Of a stretch of 64,000 nt of DNA, positions 1-12,629 are shown one piece after another. The position numbers were made by a program, and so were the translations under genes. This DNA is from an uncultured delta proteobacterium (GTDB lineage: Bacteria > Myxococcota_A > Polyangia > Fen-1088), in the NCBI GenBank assembly GCA_963767925.1, contig CAVYGB010000008.1, forward strand, positions 2,784,001 to 2,848,000. The letters run 5' to 3'. The notes beneath the pieces are model-generated. The model searched no databases and was not told the origin of the DNA. It worked only from the letters and a program-made list of their open reading frames with translations. Within the stretch, counting starts at the first letter, position 1. Every line of letters starts with the position of its first letter.

Positions 1-103
1 CGTACCAGCGCCGGTACAGCGTGCGGACCGCCTCGTTGCTGCCCCACACCTGGCGGTGCTGCTCGAAGCGGGCGAGGGCCTCGTTCCTCAGCGCGGCGTC
101 CAA
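1..103 (-). CDS. Probable class I SAM-dependent methyltransferase, N-terminus only (runs off the window)
   Basis: TTG start at 103, just after the stop of the upstream GT2 gene. Reads MDAALRNEALARFEQHRQVWGSNEAVRTLYRRWY, which resembles the N-termini of methyltransferases found next to GT2 genes. Only 34 aa are visible. Confidence 0.5.
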   Translation of the reverse strand, partial: MDAALRNEALARFEQHRQVWGSNEAVRTLYRRWY

Positions 104-110
104 GCCGGCC

Positions 111-1622
111 TCAGACGTAGCGCAGCTTGCGGGCGGCCAGGGCGGACATCTTGAGGAGCAGCCAGCCGTGTTTCCAGCGCTGGATGTTGGTCTCGCCGTA
201 GGTCCGGTCCCGGTAGCGGACCGGGATCTCACCCAGCTTGAGGTTGAGCTTGGCCGCTCCGAAGATGAGGTCGAAGTCGCCGAAGGGATCGAAGTCGCCG
301 AAGTAGGACCGCCCCGCCGCCAGCCGATCGTAGTCCGCCCGCCACATGACCTTGGTCCCGCAGAGGGTGTCCCGGATGGGCTGCTGCAGGAGGTGGCTGA
401 ACAGGCGAGAGAAGGCGACGTTGCCGATCTTGTTGAAGAATTTCATCGCCCCCTGCTCCATCGGGTAGACCAGGCGGGTCCCCTGCAGGAAGTCGGCGTG
501 CCCGTCGATGGCCGCCTGGTAGAACATCGGCAGGTCCTCGGGCGGAACCGTCAGGTCGGCGTCGAGGATCATCAGCAGATCGCCGCGCGCCTCGGAGAAG
601 CCGAGGCGGACCGCGTCCCCCTTGCCCCGCCCGACCTGCTTGTGGGCCGACAGCCGGAGTGGCCCCTGATAGCGGGCGATCACCTCCTGGATGCGCTCCC
701 AGGTGCCGTCGGTGGATCCCCCCTCGACGAACAGGATCTCGGTCCAGGGGCCCATGCGGGGGGTCCGCTCGACGGCGGCGGCGATGTTGCCCGCCTCGTT
801 GCGGGCAGGGATCACCACGCTGACGGTCGCGGTGGGGCGATCCCAGGGCGCCGGCCGATCCCGCCGGCGCAACACATAGATGCGGTAGAGCGAGAGGAGC
901 TGGGCGCCTGGCAGCTTGGCCAGGTAGCGGTTGAGGGCGGGGGCCGCCACCGGAACGTCGAAGGGGAGCAGCAGCCGGTCGTCGTGTTTGACCACCTCGA
1001 GCTCGGTGATGTCGAACAGATTGCGAAAGTCGGTCTCCGAGAACCAGTTCGAGGTGGGGGCCGGCAGCTTCCAGCCCATCCGCTCGGCCAGGCGCGAGGG
1101 CACCTCCCACAGGTAGTTGAAGGTCGTGAGGAAGATGCGGCCGCCGGGGGTCAGGCGCTCGCGCAGCGAGAGCAGCAGCGCGCGCACGTCGAGGACGCTG
1201 TGGCCGAGCCGATCGCAGATGATGGCGTCGAAGCGGCCCAGGCCCTCGAGATCGGGGGCCTCTCCCACCTGGAAGGTGATCTCGGGGTGGCGCTGCCGGG
1301 CGGTCTCGATCACCTCGGGCAACATGTCGACGCCGGTGCGCGACGGGTTGGGCAGGGCCGCCAGCAGGTCCCCCTCGCCGCAGCCGACCTCGAGCACCGA
1401 GGCGTCGGCCGGCACCATTCGCAAGAGGGATTGCTCGAGGTCGCGCAGCAGGTAGTCGCGGGCCGAGCGATGGGGCGGCTGCTCCCGGCTGCTGCGCAGG
1501 TAATACTCCCGCCAGGCCTGGGCCAGCCCCTCTCCGGCGCGGGGGGAGGTGACCTCGCGCCCGCCGGTCCGGGGGTCACCGGCGCCGCTACCGCGCTCGA
1601 GGCTGTCGGGCTCGCGCAACAT
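111..1622 (-). CDS. SAM methyltransferase / glycosyltransferase family 2 fusion
   Basis: SAM motif VLEVGCGEG; GT2 motifs VSVVIPARNE, GKGDAVRLG, ILDAD, RDTLCGTK. ATG at 1622 chosen to avoid overlapping the kinase. Confidence 0.9.
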   Translation of the reverse strand: MLREPDSLERGSGAGDPRTGGREVTSPRAGEGLAQAWREYYLRSSREQPPHRSARDYLLRDLEQSLLRMVPADASVLEVGCGEGDLLAALPNPSRTGVDMLPEVIETARQRHPEITFQVGEAPDLEGLGRFDAIICDRLGHSVLDVRALLLSLRERLTPGGRIFLTTFNYLWEVPSRLAERMGWKLPAPTSNWFSETDFRNLFDITELEVVKHDDRLLLPFDVPVAAPALNRYLAKLPGAQLLSLYRIYVLRRRDRPAPWDRPTATVSVVIPARNEAGNIAAAVERTPRMGPWTEILFVEGGSTDGTWERIQEVIARYQGPLRLSAHKQVGRGKGDAVRLGFSEARGDLLMILDADLTVPPEDLPMFYQAAIDGHADFLQGTRLVYPMEQGAMKFFNKIGNVAFSRLFSHLLQQPIRDTLCGTKVMWRADYDRLAAGRSYFGDFDPFGDFDLIFGAAKLNLKLGEIPVRYRDRTYGETNIQRWKHGWLLLKMSALAARKLRYV

Positions 1623-1639
1623 GACTTGGGCGACGGCGC

Positions 1640-4360
<2,721 letters not shown>

Positions 4361-4445
4361 GCTCGTCGCCTCTTAGCCATGAAAGCCGTCGAGAGTCAGT
4401 TGGATCCGTGCTTTTGACACCTTCGGGCGAACGGGTCAACCCCGG

Positions 4446-4919
4446 TCAGGACTCGATCCAGACCTTCGTCATCTTGTCGCCGACCTGGATCTTGTCGACT
4501 ACCTCCAGGCCGGAGGTCACCTGTCCGAAGACGGTGTGCTTGCGGTCCAGGTGGGCCTGGGGCGAGTGGCAGATGAAAAACTGCGATCCGCCCGTGTCCC
4601 GCCCGGCGTGGGCCATCGAGAGCGAGCCCCGCTTGTGGACCTGTTTTTTGCCCGTGGTCTCGCACTTGATCTTGAATCCCGGCCCGCCGGTGCCGTTTCC
4701 GAGCGGACAGCCGCCCTGGACCATGAAGTTGGCGATGACCCGATGGAAGCCGAGGCCGTCGTAGAACGGCCGCTTGACCTTCTCCTGGGTCTTGGGGTCG
4801 GTCCACTCCTTGGTTCCGGTCACCAGACCGACGAAGTTCTCTACCGTCCCCGGCGCGTCGTCGTCGAACAGCTCGGCGACGATCTCCCCCTTCGCGGTCT
4901 CGAAATGCACCTTTTTCAT
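4446..4919 (-). CDS. Cyclophilin-type peptidyl-prolyl cis-trans isomerase
   Basis: [50 protein letters not shown] before the ATG at 4919. Confidence 0.95.
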   Translation of the reverse strand: MKKVHFETAKGEIVAELFDDDAPGTVENFVGLVTGTKEWTDPKTQEKVKRPFYDGLGFHRVIANFMVQGGCPLGNGTGGPGFKIKCETTGKKQVHKRGSLSMAHAGRDTGGSQFFICHSPQAHLDRKHTVFGQVTSGLEVVDKIQVGDKMTKVWIES

Positions 4920-4947
4920 CAGTCTCCTCGATTGTGACGGCGGTTCC

Positions 4948-5766
4948 TCAAAGATCATCACCCGGCCGCGATGCGCTCCGCGTCGCGGGGCGGTCGCGGT
5001 CCAGGTAGACGAGAGTCGCTCCCACCGCCGCGAAACCCGGCGCCAGGAGCGCCATCAGCGGTACCAGATAGAGCAGGCTTGCGCCGAGACAATATCCCAA
5101 GGTCTGGATAGGGTGGGAAAGCAGATATTGCCATTTGCGGGAAAACGATGAGCCGCGACGGGCCAGGGGGTAGTCGAACCCGTCGAAGGCAAGGAAGAGC
5201 CCGTAGAGGGCAGCCCCCAGGATGCCGCCCAGGCCGGTCAGGGCCCCCAGCCCGAGGGCCACCGCCAGGGCGAACAGGTAAAGCATCATCTTGAGCACGC
5301 CGTGCAGGACGGCCTGCCAGACCGAGCGCAAGACGCCGATGGAGGCGGCCTGACCCCGCTCGATCCTCTCGACCTTCTCGGTCAGCAGGTCGACGAAGGG
5401 CGCCGACAGCACCGGCTGGCCCACGATGAAAAAGAGGAGCCCGACGATGATCGCCAGGATCGGAAACAGGATCCAGGCCAGCAGCGGCGAGGCGGCGTCG
5501 AGATCGGCGCCGAACCAGCGCCGGGCCAGGGTCACGCCGCCCCAGCCCGCCCCCAGGGCGATGGTCAGGTTGATCAGGGCCGGGAGGACGAAATAGGCCC
5601 AGAGGCGGTGGCGCGCGACGAAAAGCGCACCGCGAAAGGGAGCGACGAACCCACGCACGAGCCCCAAGACGACCCCTTTCCTAACACCGTTCCTGGCGGA
5701 GTTCGTGTTTTCGACGCAACCAATTCTCCGCGCACCCGAAAAAGGAGCAGAGGAAGGTCGGCACAT
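4948..5766 (-). CDS. EI24/CysZ-family membrane protein (start uncertain)
   Basis: Several TM helices; [14 protein letters not shown] and [12 protein letters not shown] motifs. Confidence 0.8.
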   Translation of the reverse strand: MCRPSSAPFSGARRIGCVENTNSARNGVRKGVVLGLVRGFVAPFRGALFVARHRLWAYFVLPALINLTIALGAGWGGVTLARRWFGADLDAASPLLAWILFPILAIIVGLLFFIVGQPVLSAPFVDLLTEKVERIERGQAASIGVLRSVWQAVLHGVLKMMLYLFALAVALGLGALTGLGGILGAALYGLFLAFDGFDYPLARRGSSFSRKWQYLLSHPIQTLGYCLGASLLYLVPLMALLAPGFAAVGATLVYLDRDRPATRSASRPGDDL

Positions 5767-6034
5767 GGGGCACCACGCGCATCGATTTTACCCCGCTCGG
5801 TCGGGGTCGAGCGCAGGGGGGGCCGAAGTGGGCCAGCAGGCGAGGTGGGAAGTGGAAGACAGGTGGGTGGCGGTGGGGATTCGACGGGCTCGCTCGCGCC
5901 GATGCGGCGCGAGGTCCAGGACGAGAGCCGGCGGTTCGCGATGACGGGCGACGCGCCGGGGCCGAGCCAGACTCGGCCCCGGCGGCGGTGAACATCGGGA
6001 GCTGACGCGTGGTAGCCTGAAAAGGAGAAGCACG

Positions 6035-6409
6035 ATGAAGATCAGGGGACCAGGATCAGGGCAGCCAACCGGCGAGGCGGGCGACGCCTCGGAGGTCGAG
6101 CGCTCCGGCGGCAAGGCCTTCACCGACAAGCTGGACAAGAGCGAGTCGGTCGCCGGGACGACCAGCGCCCAGTCCAAGCCACCCGAGGCCGAGCGGGAGA
6201 AGTCCTTCGTGAGCGACATCGGCGACGCCCTCGAGTCGGGCGCCATCACGCCCGAGGCGGCGCTCGATCAGGTGGTCGGCCGGGTGCTCGACAATCAGCT
6301 CGGCGCCGACGCGCCGTCGAAGCTGCGCACCAAGGTCGAGAGCGCCATGCGCGACGCCATCGAGACCGACCCCGTCCTGGGGGCGAAGATCAAGAGCCTG
6401 TCGAGCTGA
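6035..6409 (+). CDS. Hypothetical protein
   Basis: AAAAGGAG RBS, GC3-biased codons, 124 aa. Confidence 0.8.
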   Translation: MKIRGPGSGQPTGEAGDASEVERSGGKAFTDKLDKSESVAGTTSAQSKPPEAEREKSFVSDIGDALESGAITPEAALDQVVGRVLDNQLGADAPSKLRTKVESAMRDAIETDPVLGAKIKSLSS

Positions 6410-6432
6410 GCGGGCGCCCGCCCGCGCCGCGA

Positions 6433-6738
6433 TCAAGCATTGCCGGTGCGGGTGGGAGGATGGATAGGATGATGGGCCCGCCGGTGGGCCAGCATCTCCT
6501 GGGCCTCGGCCGGCAGCTCGAGCGCCTCGGTGTCGAAGCGGGCCAGGGCGTCGGCCAGCATGACCGCGCGATCGGCGGGCGGGGTCTTCTTGTCGATCAT
6601 GACCCACCACTCACCGCGCACCTTGCACAGCCCTCCCCCGGTCGTGACCCCGCTGGGGGCCAGCGCCTCGTAGCGAACCTTCACGCCGAGCTCGATGGCG
6701 GCGCGTTCGAAAGCCTGGGTGAGCTGCTCCGGTTTCAT
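6433..6738 (-). CDS. Conserved hypothetical protein
   Basis: ATGA overlap with the histidine kinase stop; motif LGVKVRYE...GGLCKVRG...MIDK. Confidence 0.8.
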   Translation of the reverse strand: MKPEQLTQAFERAAIELGVKVRYEALAPSGVTTGGGLCKVRGEWWVMIDKKTPPADRAVMLADALARFDTEALELPAEAQEMLAHRRAHHPIHPPTRTGNA

Positions 6739-8486
6739 AACGCGGTGATATCTCCTTTGTGCTCCGGCGGCCCCAGGGGGGTGACCGGCAACGTGACGAG
6801 GAAGGTTGTACCGCTGCCCGGGCGACTCTGAAAGCTGATCTGGCCCCCATGTGAATAGATGATGTTCCGGACCACGGAGAGCCCCAGGCCGGTGCCCTTT
6901 CCCGCCGCTTTGGTGGTGAAGAAGGGCTCGAAGATCTTGCTGCGGTCCTCGTCGCGGATGCCGACGCCGCTGTCGGAGATGGCGAACCCCACCGTGGCGC
7001 CCCCCGCGGCCCAGGTGCGGACCCGCACCGTGCCCCCGCGCGGCTCGACCGCGTGGGCGGCGTTGGTCACCAGGTTGATGGCTACCTGCAGGATCTGGTC
7101 GCGCACCGCCTGCACGCGCGGCAGGCCCTCGGCGTAGTCGCGCTCGAGCTTGGCGTTGGAGCTCTCGAGCACGTGCTCGCAGAACGACAGCGACTGGTCG
7201 AGCACCTCGTTGATGGCCATCTCCTCGACCTCGCTGCCCGAGGGCCGGGCGTAGCTCACCAGGTCGCGGGCGAAGCGCCGGATGCGCTCGGCGCCGTCCT
7301 CGATCTTGCGCAGGCGATCGAGGTCGGTGGCGTCGATCGTGCTGGGCCCCTTGCCCTCGAGGGCCAGGGCCGCCTTGCGGGCGACGGTGGCGGCGCAGAC
7401 CTGCACCGACGTGAGCGGGTTGTTGATCTCGTGGGCCACGCCGGCGGCGATCTGGCCCAGGGTGGCCAGCTTCTCGGCGTGGATGACCTGGCTCTGGAGC
7501 TGGCGCAGGGCGGTCACGTCCTGCCCGATCCCCAGCACGGCGGCGGGAGAGCCGCCCTGCCCCCGCACCGCCACCACGTTGAAGGCGGCCCGCAACATGG
7601 CGCCCCCCACGGTGGGCAGGCGGACCTCGCGGGTGGCGGGGGTGCCGCTGGCGGCGACCTGCTTGAGCACCCGGCCCACGTCGGGCGCGCCGAGCTGGGT
7701 CAACCAGGGGAGCAGCGGCTTGCCGAGGACGTCGGCCCGGGAGAAGCCGGTCACCCGGTTCATGGCCCGGTTCCAGACCGTGACCTGCCCCTCGGGATCG
7801 GTGGCGATGATGAGGGCGTTGGCCTGCTCGATGAGCTGCTCGAGGTAATCTTGCAGGTAGACCGTCTCGCGCAGCAGCCGCCTCGTGTGGGCCACGAAGG
7901 CCACGTGGTTGGCCAGCGGGATGACGAGATCCTTGTCGTCCATGGCCGGGTCGGGCGGCTCGGCGTAATTGACGTGGACCTCGCCGGTCAGCTCCCCGCC
8001 GGCGAGGAGGGCCACCAGGAAGCCCTCGCTCGCCCCCTCGAACAGCAGGGGCGGCTTGTCGACAAGCTCGATGGTGCGGGTGGAGCCGTCTTTGGCCCGC
8101 AGGCCCTCCGGCATGTTGCCCCGGACATTGGGGTGATCGAGGGCGCTGCGCGGGATCATCGGCGGCAGGGTGCGGGCCCCCGCGATGAGGCCTTTCTCCG
8201 AGAGGACCTGGCTGACCTCCAGCGAACGGGGGTCGACGACCCGGATGGCGATGAAGCGGTTGGGCAGGAGCTGGCGCAGGGTCCGGTAGAGGACCTCGAA
8301 CAGCTCGCGCTCCTGGGTCTCGGCGGTGACCTCCCGGGAGAAGGTCATCACCGCGCGCAGCACGTCCGGGATGGACATGGCGGTCGGGACCGCCGCCGCC
8401 GGCTTCTTGCGCCGGGCGGTCGCCTTGGTCTTCGGCCCACCCCGCCGGTAGGCGGTCGCCCCACGCCCCATCCCCCGTGCCGCCAT
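6735..8486 (-). CDS. Cytoplasmic GAF-like/PAS sensor histidine kinase
   Basis: PAS ([13 protein letters not shown]), H-box AHEINNPL, N-box [25 protein letters not shown]; no TM segment. Confidence 0.95.
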   Translation of the reverse strand: MAARGMGRGATAYRRGGPKTKATARRKKPAAAVPTAMSIPDVLRAVMTFSREVTAETQERELFEVLYRTLRQLLPNRFIAIRVVDPRSLEVSQVLSEKGLIAGARTLPPMIPRSALDHPNVRGNMPEGLRAKDGSTRTIELVDKPPLLFEGASEGFLVALLAGGELTGEVHVNYAEPPDPAMDDKDLVIPLANHVAFVAHTRRLLRETVYLQDYLEQLIEQANALIIATDPEGQVTVWNRAMNRVTGFSRADVLGKPLLPWLTQLGAPDVGRVLKQVAASGTPATREVRLPTVGGAMLRAAFNVVAVRGQGGSPAAVLGIGQDVTALRQLQSQVIHAEKLATLGQIAAGVAHEINNPLTSVQVCAATVARKAALALEGKGPSTIDATDLDRLRKIEDGAERIRRFARDLVSYARPSGSEVEEMAINEVLDQSLSFCEHVLESSNAKLERDYAEGLPRVQAVRDQILQVAINLVTNAAHAVEPRGGTVRVRTWAAGGATVGFAISDSGVGIRDEDRSKIFEPFFTTKAAGKGTGLGLSVVRNIIYSHGGQISFQSRPGSGTTFLVTLPVTPLGPPEHKGDITAL

Positions 8487-10027
8487 CAGCGTCTGGCCCT
8501 GGTTCCTGCTTTCGCTCCTGGCAGTCCGAACTGGTAGGTGGCGGCGGCGCTGGCGGCGGCGAGGACGGCCCGCAGGGGGGCCTGCCCGGCCTTGGCCAGC
8601 CGGCGGCAGTCCTCGAACTCGGGGGTGGCGGCCAGGACGCGCCCGTCGAGGGCGGAGACCTTGACCGAGACCTTGCCCCAGGGGGTCTTCACCTCGCCAC
8701 GCGAGCGGGCCAGCACGGTGCGCCCCAGGGGCAAGCTGCGCAGCCCGATCGTGGTTGAGTTCTCGAAGAAGGCCCGGGCCACCTGCTCGGTCTCGCCGGC
8801 CGGGGCCAGGGCCGAGATGGTGAAGGCCGGGCGGCCCTTCTTCATCAAGATGGGCGTGCTCCAGGCGTCGACGGCGCCGGCGGCGAAGAGGGCGGTCAGC
8901 AGAGGCTCGATGAGCTGGGGGCTCATGTCGTCGATGTTGCTCTCGAGCAACGTCACGCTGGGGGCCGAGTCGGGCAGCGCCTCGCCCAGCGGCTGGCCCA
9001 GCACGACCCGCAGCACGTTGGCCCGGTCGGCCAGCTCGCGGGTGCCGGCGCCCAGCCCCTGTCCCGCGAGGCGCAGCGGGGGCATGGGGCCGTAGCGGTC
9101 GACGACCGCCGCGAGGATGGCGGCCCCCGTGGGGGTTGTCAGCTCGCCCTGCCCTTCGGCCCGCACCGGCGCGCCGGCCAGGAGCTGGGTGGTGGCGGGC
9201 GCCGGGACCGGCACCAGCCCGTGCGCCGTGCGCACCACGCCGCTGCCGACCACGACCGGGCTCGAGCTGATCGAGGCCGGGGCGAGCCAGGTGATGGCCG
9301 CGGCGGCGCCGACGATGTCGGCGATCGAGTCGTAGGCCCCGACCTCGTGAAAGGCGATCCGGTCGACCGGCACCCCGTGCAGGGCCGCCTCGGCCCGGGC
9401 GACGAGGGCGAAGATCTCCCCGGCCAGCTCCCGCGTGTCGCCGTCGAGCTTGGCCCGCTTGAGCAGGCGCCGGATCTCGGCGTAGTCCCGGTGCTCGTGA
9501 TGGTGGTGGCCCCCTTCCGGATCATGCCTGTGATCGGGGGCGTCGTGGTGATGATCCGTGTCGTGATCGTGTTCGTGGTCGCCGCCGTGCTCGTGGCGGT
9601 GGCCGTGGGAGAGGTGGTCGTGATCGTGCGGGTGTGCGTGGGCGTGCTCGCCGTCGTGATCGTGTGGGTGCTGGTGACCGTCCGCCCCGCGCTCGTGGGG
9701 GTGGGCGTGCGAATGTTGGTGGGTGTGGGCGTGCGAGTGGGCCTGGCCTTTGCCGCCTGCCTTGCTGCCGGCCTGGCCCCCGGCTTTGCGGGGTCGCTTC
9801 GGTCTGGGCATGCCCGGCCAGGTCACCTCGAAGCCGGTGCCCATGAAGGCGCCCCGCTTGCGCCGGGTGAAGCGCACCTTGAGGCCACGCACCTTCATGG
9901 CCGACACCGCCGCGCTCACGACGGTCCGGGGAACGCCGGCGTCGACCAGGGCGGCCACCGTCATGTCGCCCGCGATCCCGGACTGGGGATCGAAGTGCAG
10001 GTGCAGCCCCTTGCCGAGAGCGCTCAT
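8486..10027 (-). CDS. larC: Nickel pincer cofactor biosynthesis protein (Ni insertase) with His-rich insert
   Basis: GIAGDM, FHEVGAYDSIADI, PVPAPAT, ELTTPTGAA, LESNIDD, MKKGRP, PEFEDC. Confidence 0.95.
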   Translation of the reverse strand: MSALGKGLHLHFDPQSGIAGDMTVAALVDAGVPRTVVSAAVSAMKVRGLKVRFTRRKRGAFMGTGFEVTWPGMPRPKRPRKAGGQAGSKAGGKGQAHSHAHTHQHSHAHPHERGADGHQHPHDHDGEHAHAHPHDHDHLSHGHRHEHGGDHEHDHDTDHHHDAPDHRHDPEGGHHHHEHRDYAEIRRLLKRAKLDGDTRELAGEIFALVARAEAALHGVPVDRIAFHEVGAYDSIADIVGAAAAITWLAPASISSSPVVVGSGVVRTAHGLVPVPAPATTQLLAGAPVRAEGQGELTTPTGAAILAAVVDRYGPMPPLRLAGQGLGAGTRELADRANVLRVVLGQPLGEALPDSAPSVTLLESNIDDMSPQLIEPLLTALFAAGAVDAWSTPILMKKGRPAFTISALAPAGETEQVARAFFENSTTIGLRSLPLGRTVLARSRGEVKTPWGKVSVKVSALDGRVLAATPEFEDCRRLAKAGQAPLRAVLAAASAAATYQFGLPGAKAGTRARR

Positions 10028-10803
10028 GGGGTGCGGACCCGGTTGAGCAGCGCCGCCAGGCGGCCGGCGCCGAAGCCGTTGTCGATGTTGACCACCGCCA
10101 CCCCCGCCGCGCAGGAGTTGAGCATGGTGAGCAGCGCCGCCACGCCGGCGAAGCTGGCGCCGTAGCCCACGCTGGTCGGCACGGCGATGACCGGCCGCGA
10201 GAACAGCCCCGCCACAAAGGTGGGCAGGACCCCGTCCATCCCGGCGGCGACGACGACGATCTCGGCCGCCTCCACCGTCGTGCGGTGGGCGAGCAGCCGG
10301 TGAATGCCGGCCACCCCCACGTCGAAGACCCGGGTCACCCGGTTGCCCGAGAGCTCGGCGGTCACCGCCGCCTCCTCGGCCACGGGGATGTCGGAGGTGC
10401 CTGCCGTCAAGACGGCGATGATGCCCCGCCCGGCGTCGGGCACCGAGGCGGGCCCGCGCACCAGCAGCCGCGGCACCTCGAGGTAACGGGCGTCGGGTAA
10501 CAAGGCCAGCACCGCTTGCGCGACGTCCGGCGTGATCCGGGTGGCCATGACCGGCGCGACCGCGGTCCCCTGGCTGCCCCCCGCGTCCCCCAGCTCGCGC
10601 AGGAGGGTGGTGATCTGCTCGGGCGTCTTGCCGGGCCCGAAGATGACCTCGGGGAACCCCGAGCGAAGTTGCCGATGTGTGTCGGCGTGGGCAAAGCCGA
10701 GCGAGCGGAAGGGCAGCTCCCGGAGCTGCGAGAGCGCGTCGTCCGCCGAAACCGAGCCCGCACGGACGTCCTCCAGAAGGCGCCGCAGCGAAGTTGCATC
10801 CAC
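10024..10803 (-). CDS. larB: Nickel pincer cofactor biosynthesis protein (PurE-like carboxylase/hydrolase)
   Basis: GFPEVIFGPGKT, AGTSDIPVAEEA, DVGVAGIHRL, PTSVGYGA, MLNSC, VNIDNGFGA; GTG start at 10803. Confidence 0.95.
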   Translation of the reverse strand: MDATSLRRLLEDVRAGSVSADDALSQLRELPFRSLGFAHADTHRQLRSGFPEVIFGPGKTPEQITTLLRELGDAGGSQGTAVAPVMATRITPDVAQAVLALLPDARYLEVPRLLVRGPASVPDAGRGIIAVLTAGTSDIPVAEEAAVTAELSGNRVTRVFDVGVAGIHRLLAHRTTVEAAEIVVVAAGMDGVLPTFVAGLFSRPVIAVPTSVGYGASFAGVAALLTMLNSCAAGVAVVNIDNGFGAGRLAALLNRVRTP

Positions 10804-11105
10804 GGCGCGCAGACTAGCAAAGCCCCGCCGCCAGGCGAAGTACCCCCACCCGCTCCGATGACCCACGCCCCCTCGGCACCTGACGACCGGGTCCCCCAGG
10901 GCGACCGGGCAGCGACAAGGGCACGCGGGCCAGGACAGCGCGACTCAGGACCACACGCGCGAGATCGAGCCCGCTCTGCCGCTCGGCGAGGTCGACCGAT
11001 CCAGACAAACGATAAAGATCAGCAGCTTGGGTCATCTGCGGGGTTGACCGGCACCCAACGCGACTGCTAGGAACATCGTCCCAGGCTTCACCGGAAGCCA
11101 CCCTT

Positions 11106-11178
11106 GGGGCTGTAGCTCAGCTGGGAGAGCGCCTGAATGGCATTCAGGAGGCCGACGGTTCGATCCCGTTCAGCTCCA
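11106..11178 (+). tRNA. tRNA-Ala(GGC); CCA not encoded
   Basis: Acceptor stem GGGGCTG/CAGCTCC with G3:U70; anticodon arm CCTGA-ATGGCAT-TCAGG; GGTTCGATC T-loop. Confidence 0.97.
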
Positions 11179-11336
11179 CACTTCCTTCACTCTTTTTCGG
11201 TCCCGCCCGACCCCGGGCGGCGACCCCGCCGGTCCGAGCTGCGCTCCCGGCTGGTTCCTCCCTGGCGAAGCTCTACTCGAGCTGGTGAGAACGTTTTGGG
11301 GTTCGTGTAGCATCGGCGGCTCAACGAGGAGAAGAG

Positions 11337-12395
11337 ATGCAACACCGTAACCTGCTTCGTCCCCTGCGGCTCCTGGGTGCTTCGCTGCTGGCTGCGCTGG
11401 CGGTGTCGACGCTGGCGCTCGGGCAGCCGCGCGCCGAGCAGTTCGTGCTGTTCGACGTGATGTTCGACTACACGAAGATGCAGGCCGACACCTCGACGCC
11501 GAGCAAGTCCCACTTTTACGTGAAGGGGAACCTCATCAACCCGGCCCGGCCCACCAACTGGGTGTCGCCGGTGGACTACCGGAACGGGACCGTGCACATC
11601 CGGACCGAGGTGCTCGACAAGCCGGCGGGCGGCGAGCGGACCGAGTGGACCCTCTGCTACATCCCCAACCGCGGGCAGGGCAACGGCTACGGCTGCACCG
11701 GCAGCGGCATCTACCGGGAAAAGGGGCTCTACGAGCGCGACGAGTCTATGACCGCCTGGTGGGAGAACCAGTCGATCATCTGGACCGAGGGCATCAAGCA
11801 GATGGACCTCGTCATCAAGGACGGCTCGGGCGGCAACGGCCAGGCCCACCAGCGCCCCGACCACGAGAAGTTCTTCCCCACCCGGGTGCGCATCACCATG
11901 GTGCAGGTCTCGGCGGGGTCGAAGTACGATGCCAGCAAGGTCCCCAACCTGACCGCGGCGCCGGCCGACGCGGGCGCGCCGGCCGATGCCAGCCTCCCGC
12001 CGGACGCCGCCGGCGGCAGCGGGGGCACGGGCGGGACGCCGGGCACGGGCGGAGCGACCGGCACCGCCGGGGCGGCCGGGACGCCCGGTGAAGGGTCGGG
12101 CAGCGGGGGCTCGGCCCCCGGTACCGGGCCGGGCAACGGCAGCGGGTCGCCGCCGGCGGGCCCCGGTGCGCCCGGTGGGGGCACCGGCACCGGTCCGACT
12201 CCGGAGCCTGGCGGAGCCGGGGGCGCTTCCGGCAGCGCGAACCCGGGCAGCAGCCCGACCACGCCCGCTCCGGCGAGCGGCAGCGGCTGCTCGCTGGCGA
12301 GCGGAGGAGCGGGCTCACCGGCTGGCCTCCTGGTGCTGGGCCTGGGCCTCGTGCTCGCGCTCGGGCGGCCCCGGCGGCGGGGCAACAAGCGGTAG
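11337..12395 (+). CDS. Secreted protein with Gly/Pro linker and MYXO-CTERM-type sorting tail
   Basis: GAGGAG RBS; signal peptide; C-terminus SGSGCSLA + hydrophobic helix + RPRRR. Confidence 0.85.
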   Translation: MQHRNLLRPLRLLGASLLAALAVSTLALGQPRAEQFVLFDVMFDYTKMQADTSTPSKSHFYVKGNLINPARPTNWVSPVDYRNGTVHIRTEVLDKPAGGERTEWTLCYIPNRGQGNGYGCTGSGIYREKGLYERDESMTAWWENQSIIWTEGIKQMDLVIKDGSGGNGQAHQRPDHEKFFPTRVRITMVQVSAGSKYDASKVPNLTAAPADAGAPADASLPPDAAGGSGGTGGTPGTGGATGTAGAAGTPGEGSGSGGSAPGTGPGNGSGSPPAGPGAPGGGTGTGPTPEPGGAGGASGSANPGSSPTTPAPASGSGCSLASGGAGSPAGLLVLGLGLVLALGRPRRRGNKR

Positions 12396-12457
12396 GGAAA
12401 AGGGGCGGTTCAGTCAGACGCTGCGAGGTCACCTCTCCAGCAGGACGCCGAGATTTT

Positions 12458-12577
12458 CCCTCGCCCCGCGGTCCTCCGTGGGGGGGAGGTCGCGCGTCTG
12501 CCTGCTGGTGAGGGGCCTCCGGCGTGGCAATGCCCCTCACCCGTTCCCTCTCCCCACGGCAGACCGCGGGGCGAGGG
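12458..12577. repeat. 120-bp REP-like nested palindrome between convergent genes
   Basis: Perfect 16-bp outer IR CCCTCGCCCCGCGGTC / GACCGCGGGGCGAGGG; inner IRs CCGTGGGG/CCCCACGG and GGTGAGGGGC/GCCCCTCACC. Confidence 0.8.
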
Positions 12578-12629
12578 CAAACCGGGAGCGGGTGGTCGGT
12601 CGACCTTCCCGGGGGCGAGCGGGGCGGGG

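Noticed and set aside
5865..5895. GGATTCGACGGG, resembling the 5' end of tmRNA
   Set aside because: No matching acceptor stem, tag ORF or T-arm/CCA end downstream
10810..11100. ~290 bp gap between larB and the tRNA as a possible riboswitch or ncRNA
   Set aside because: No recognisable conserved motif or long stem; divergent promoters (TTGACC at 11044) can explain it
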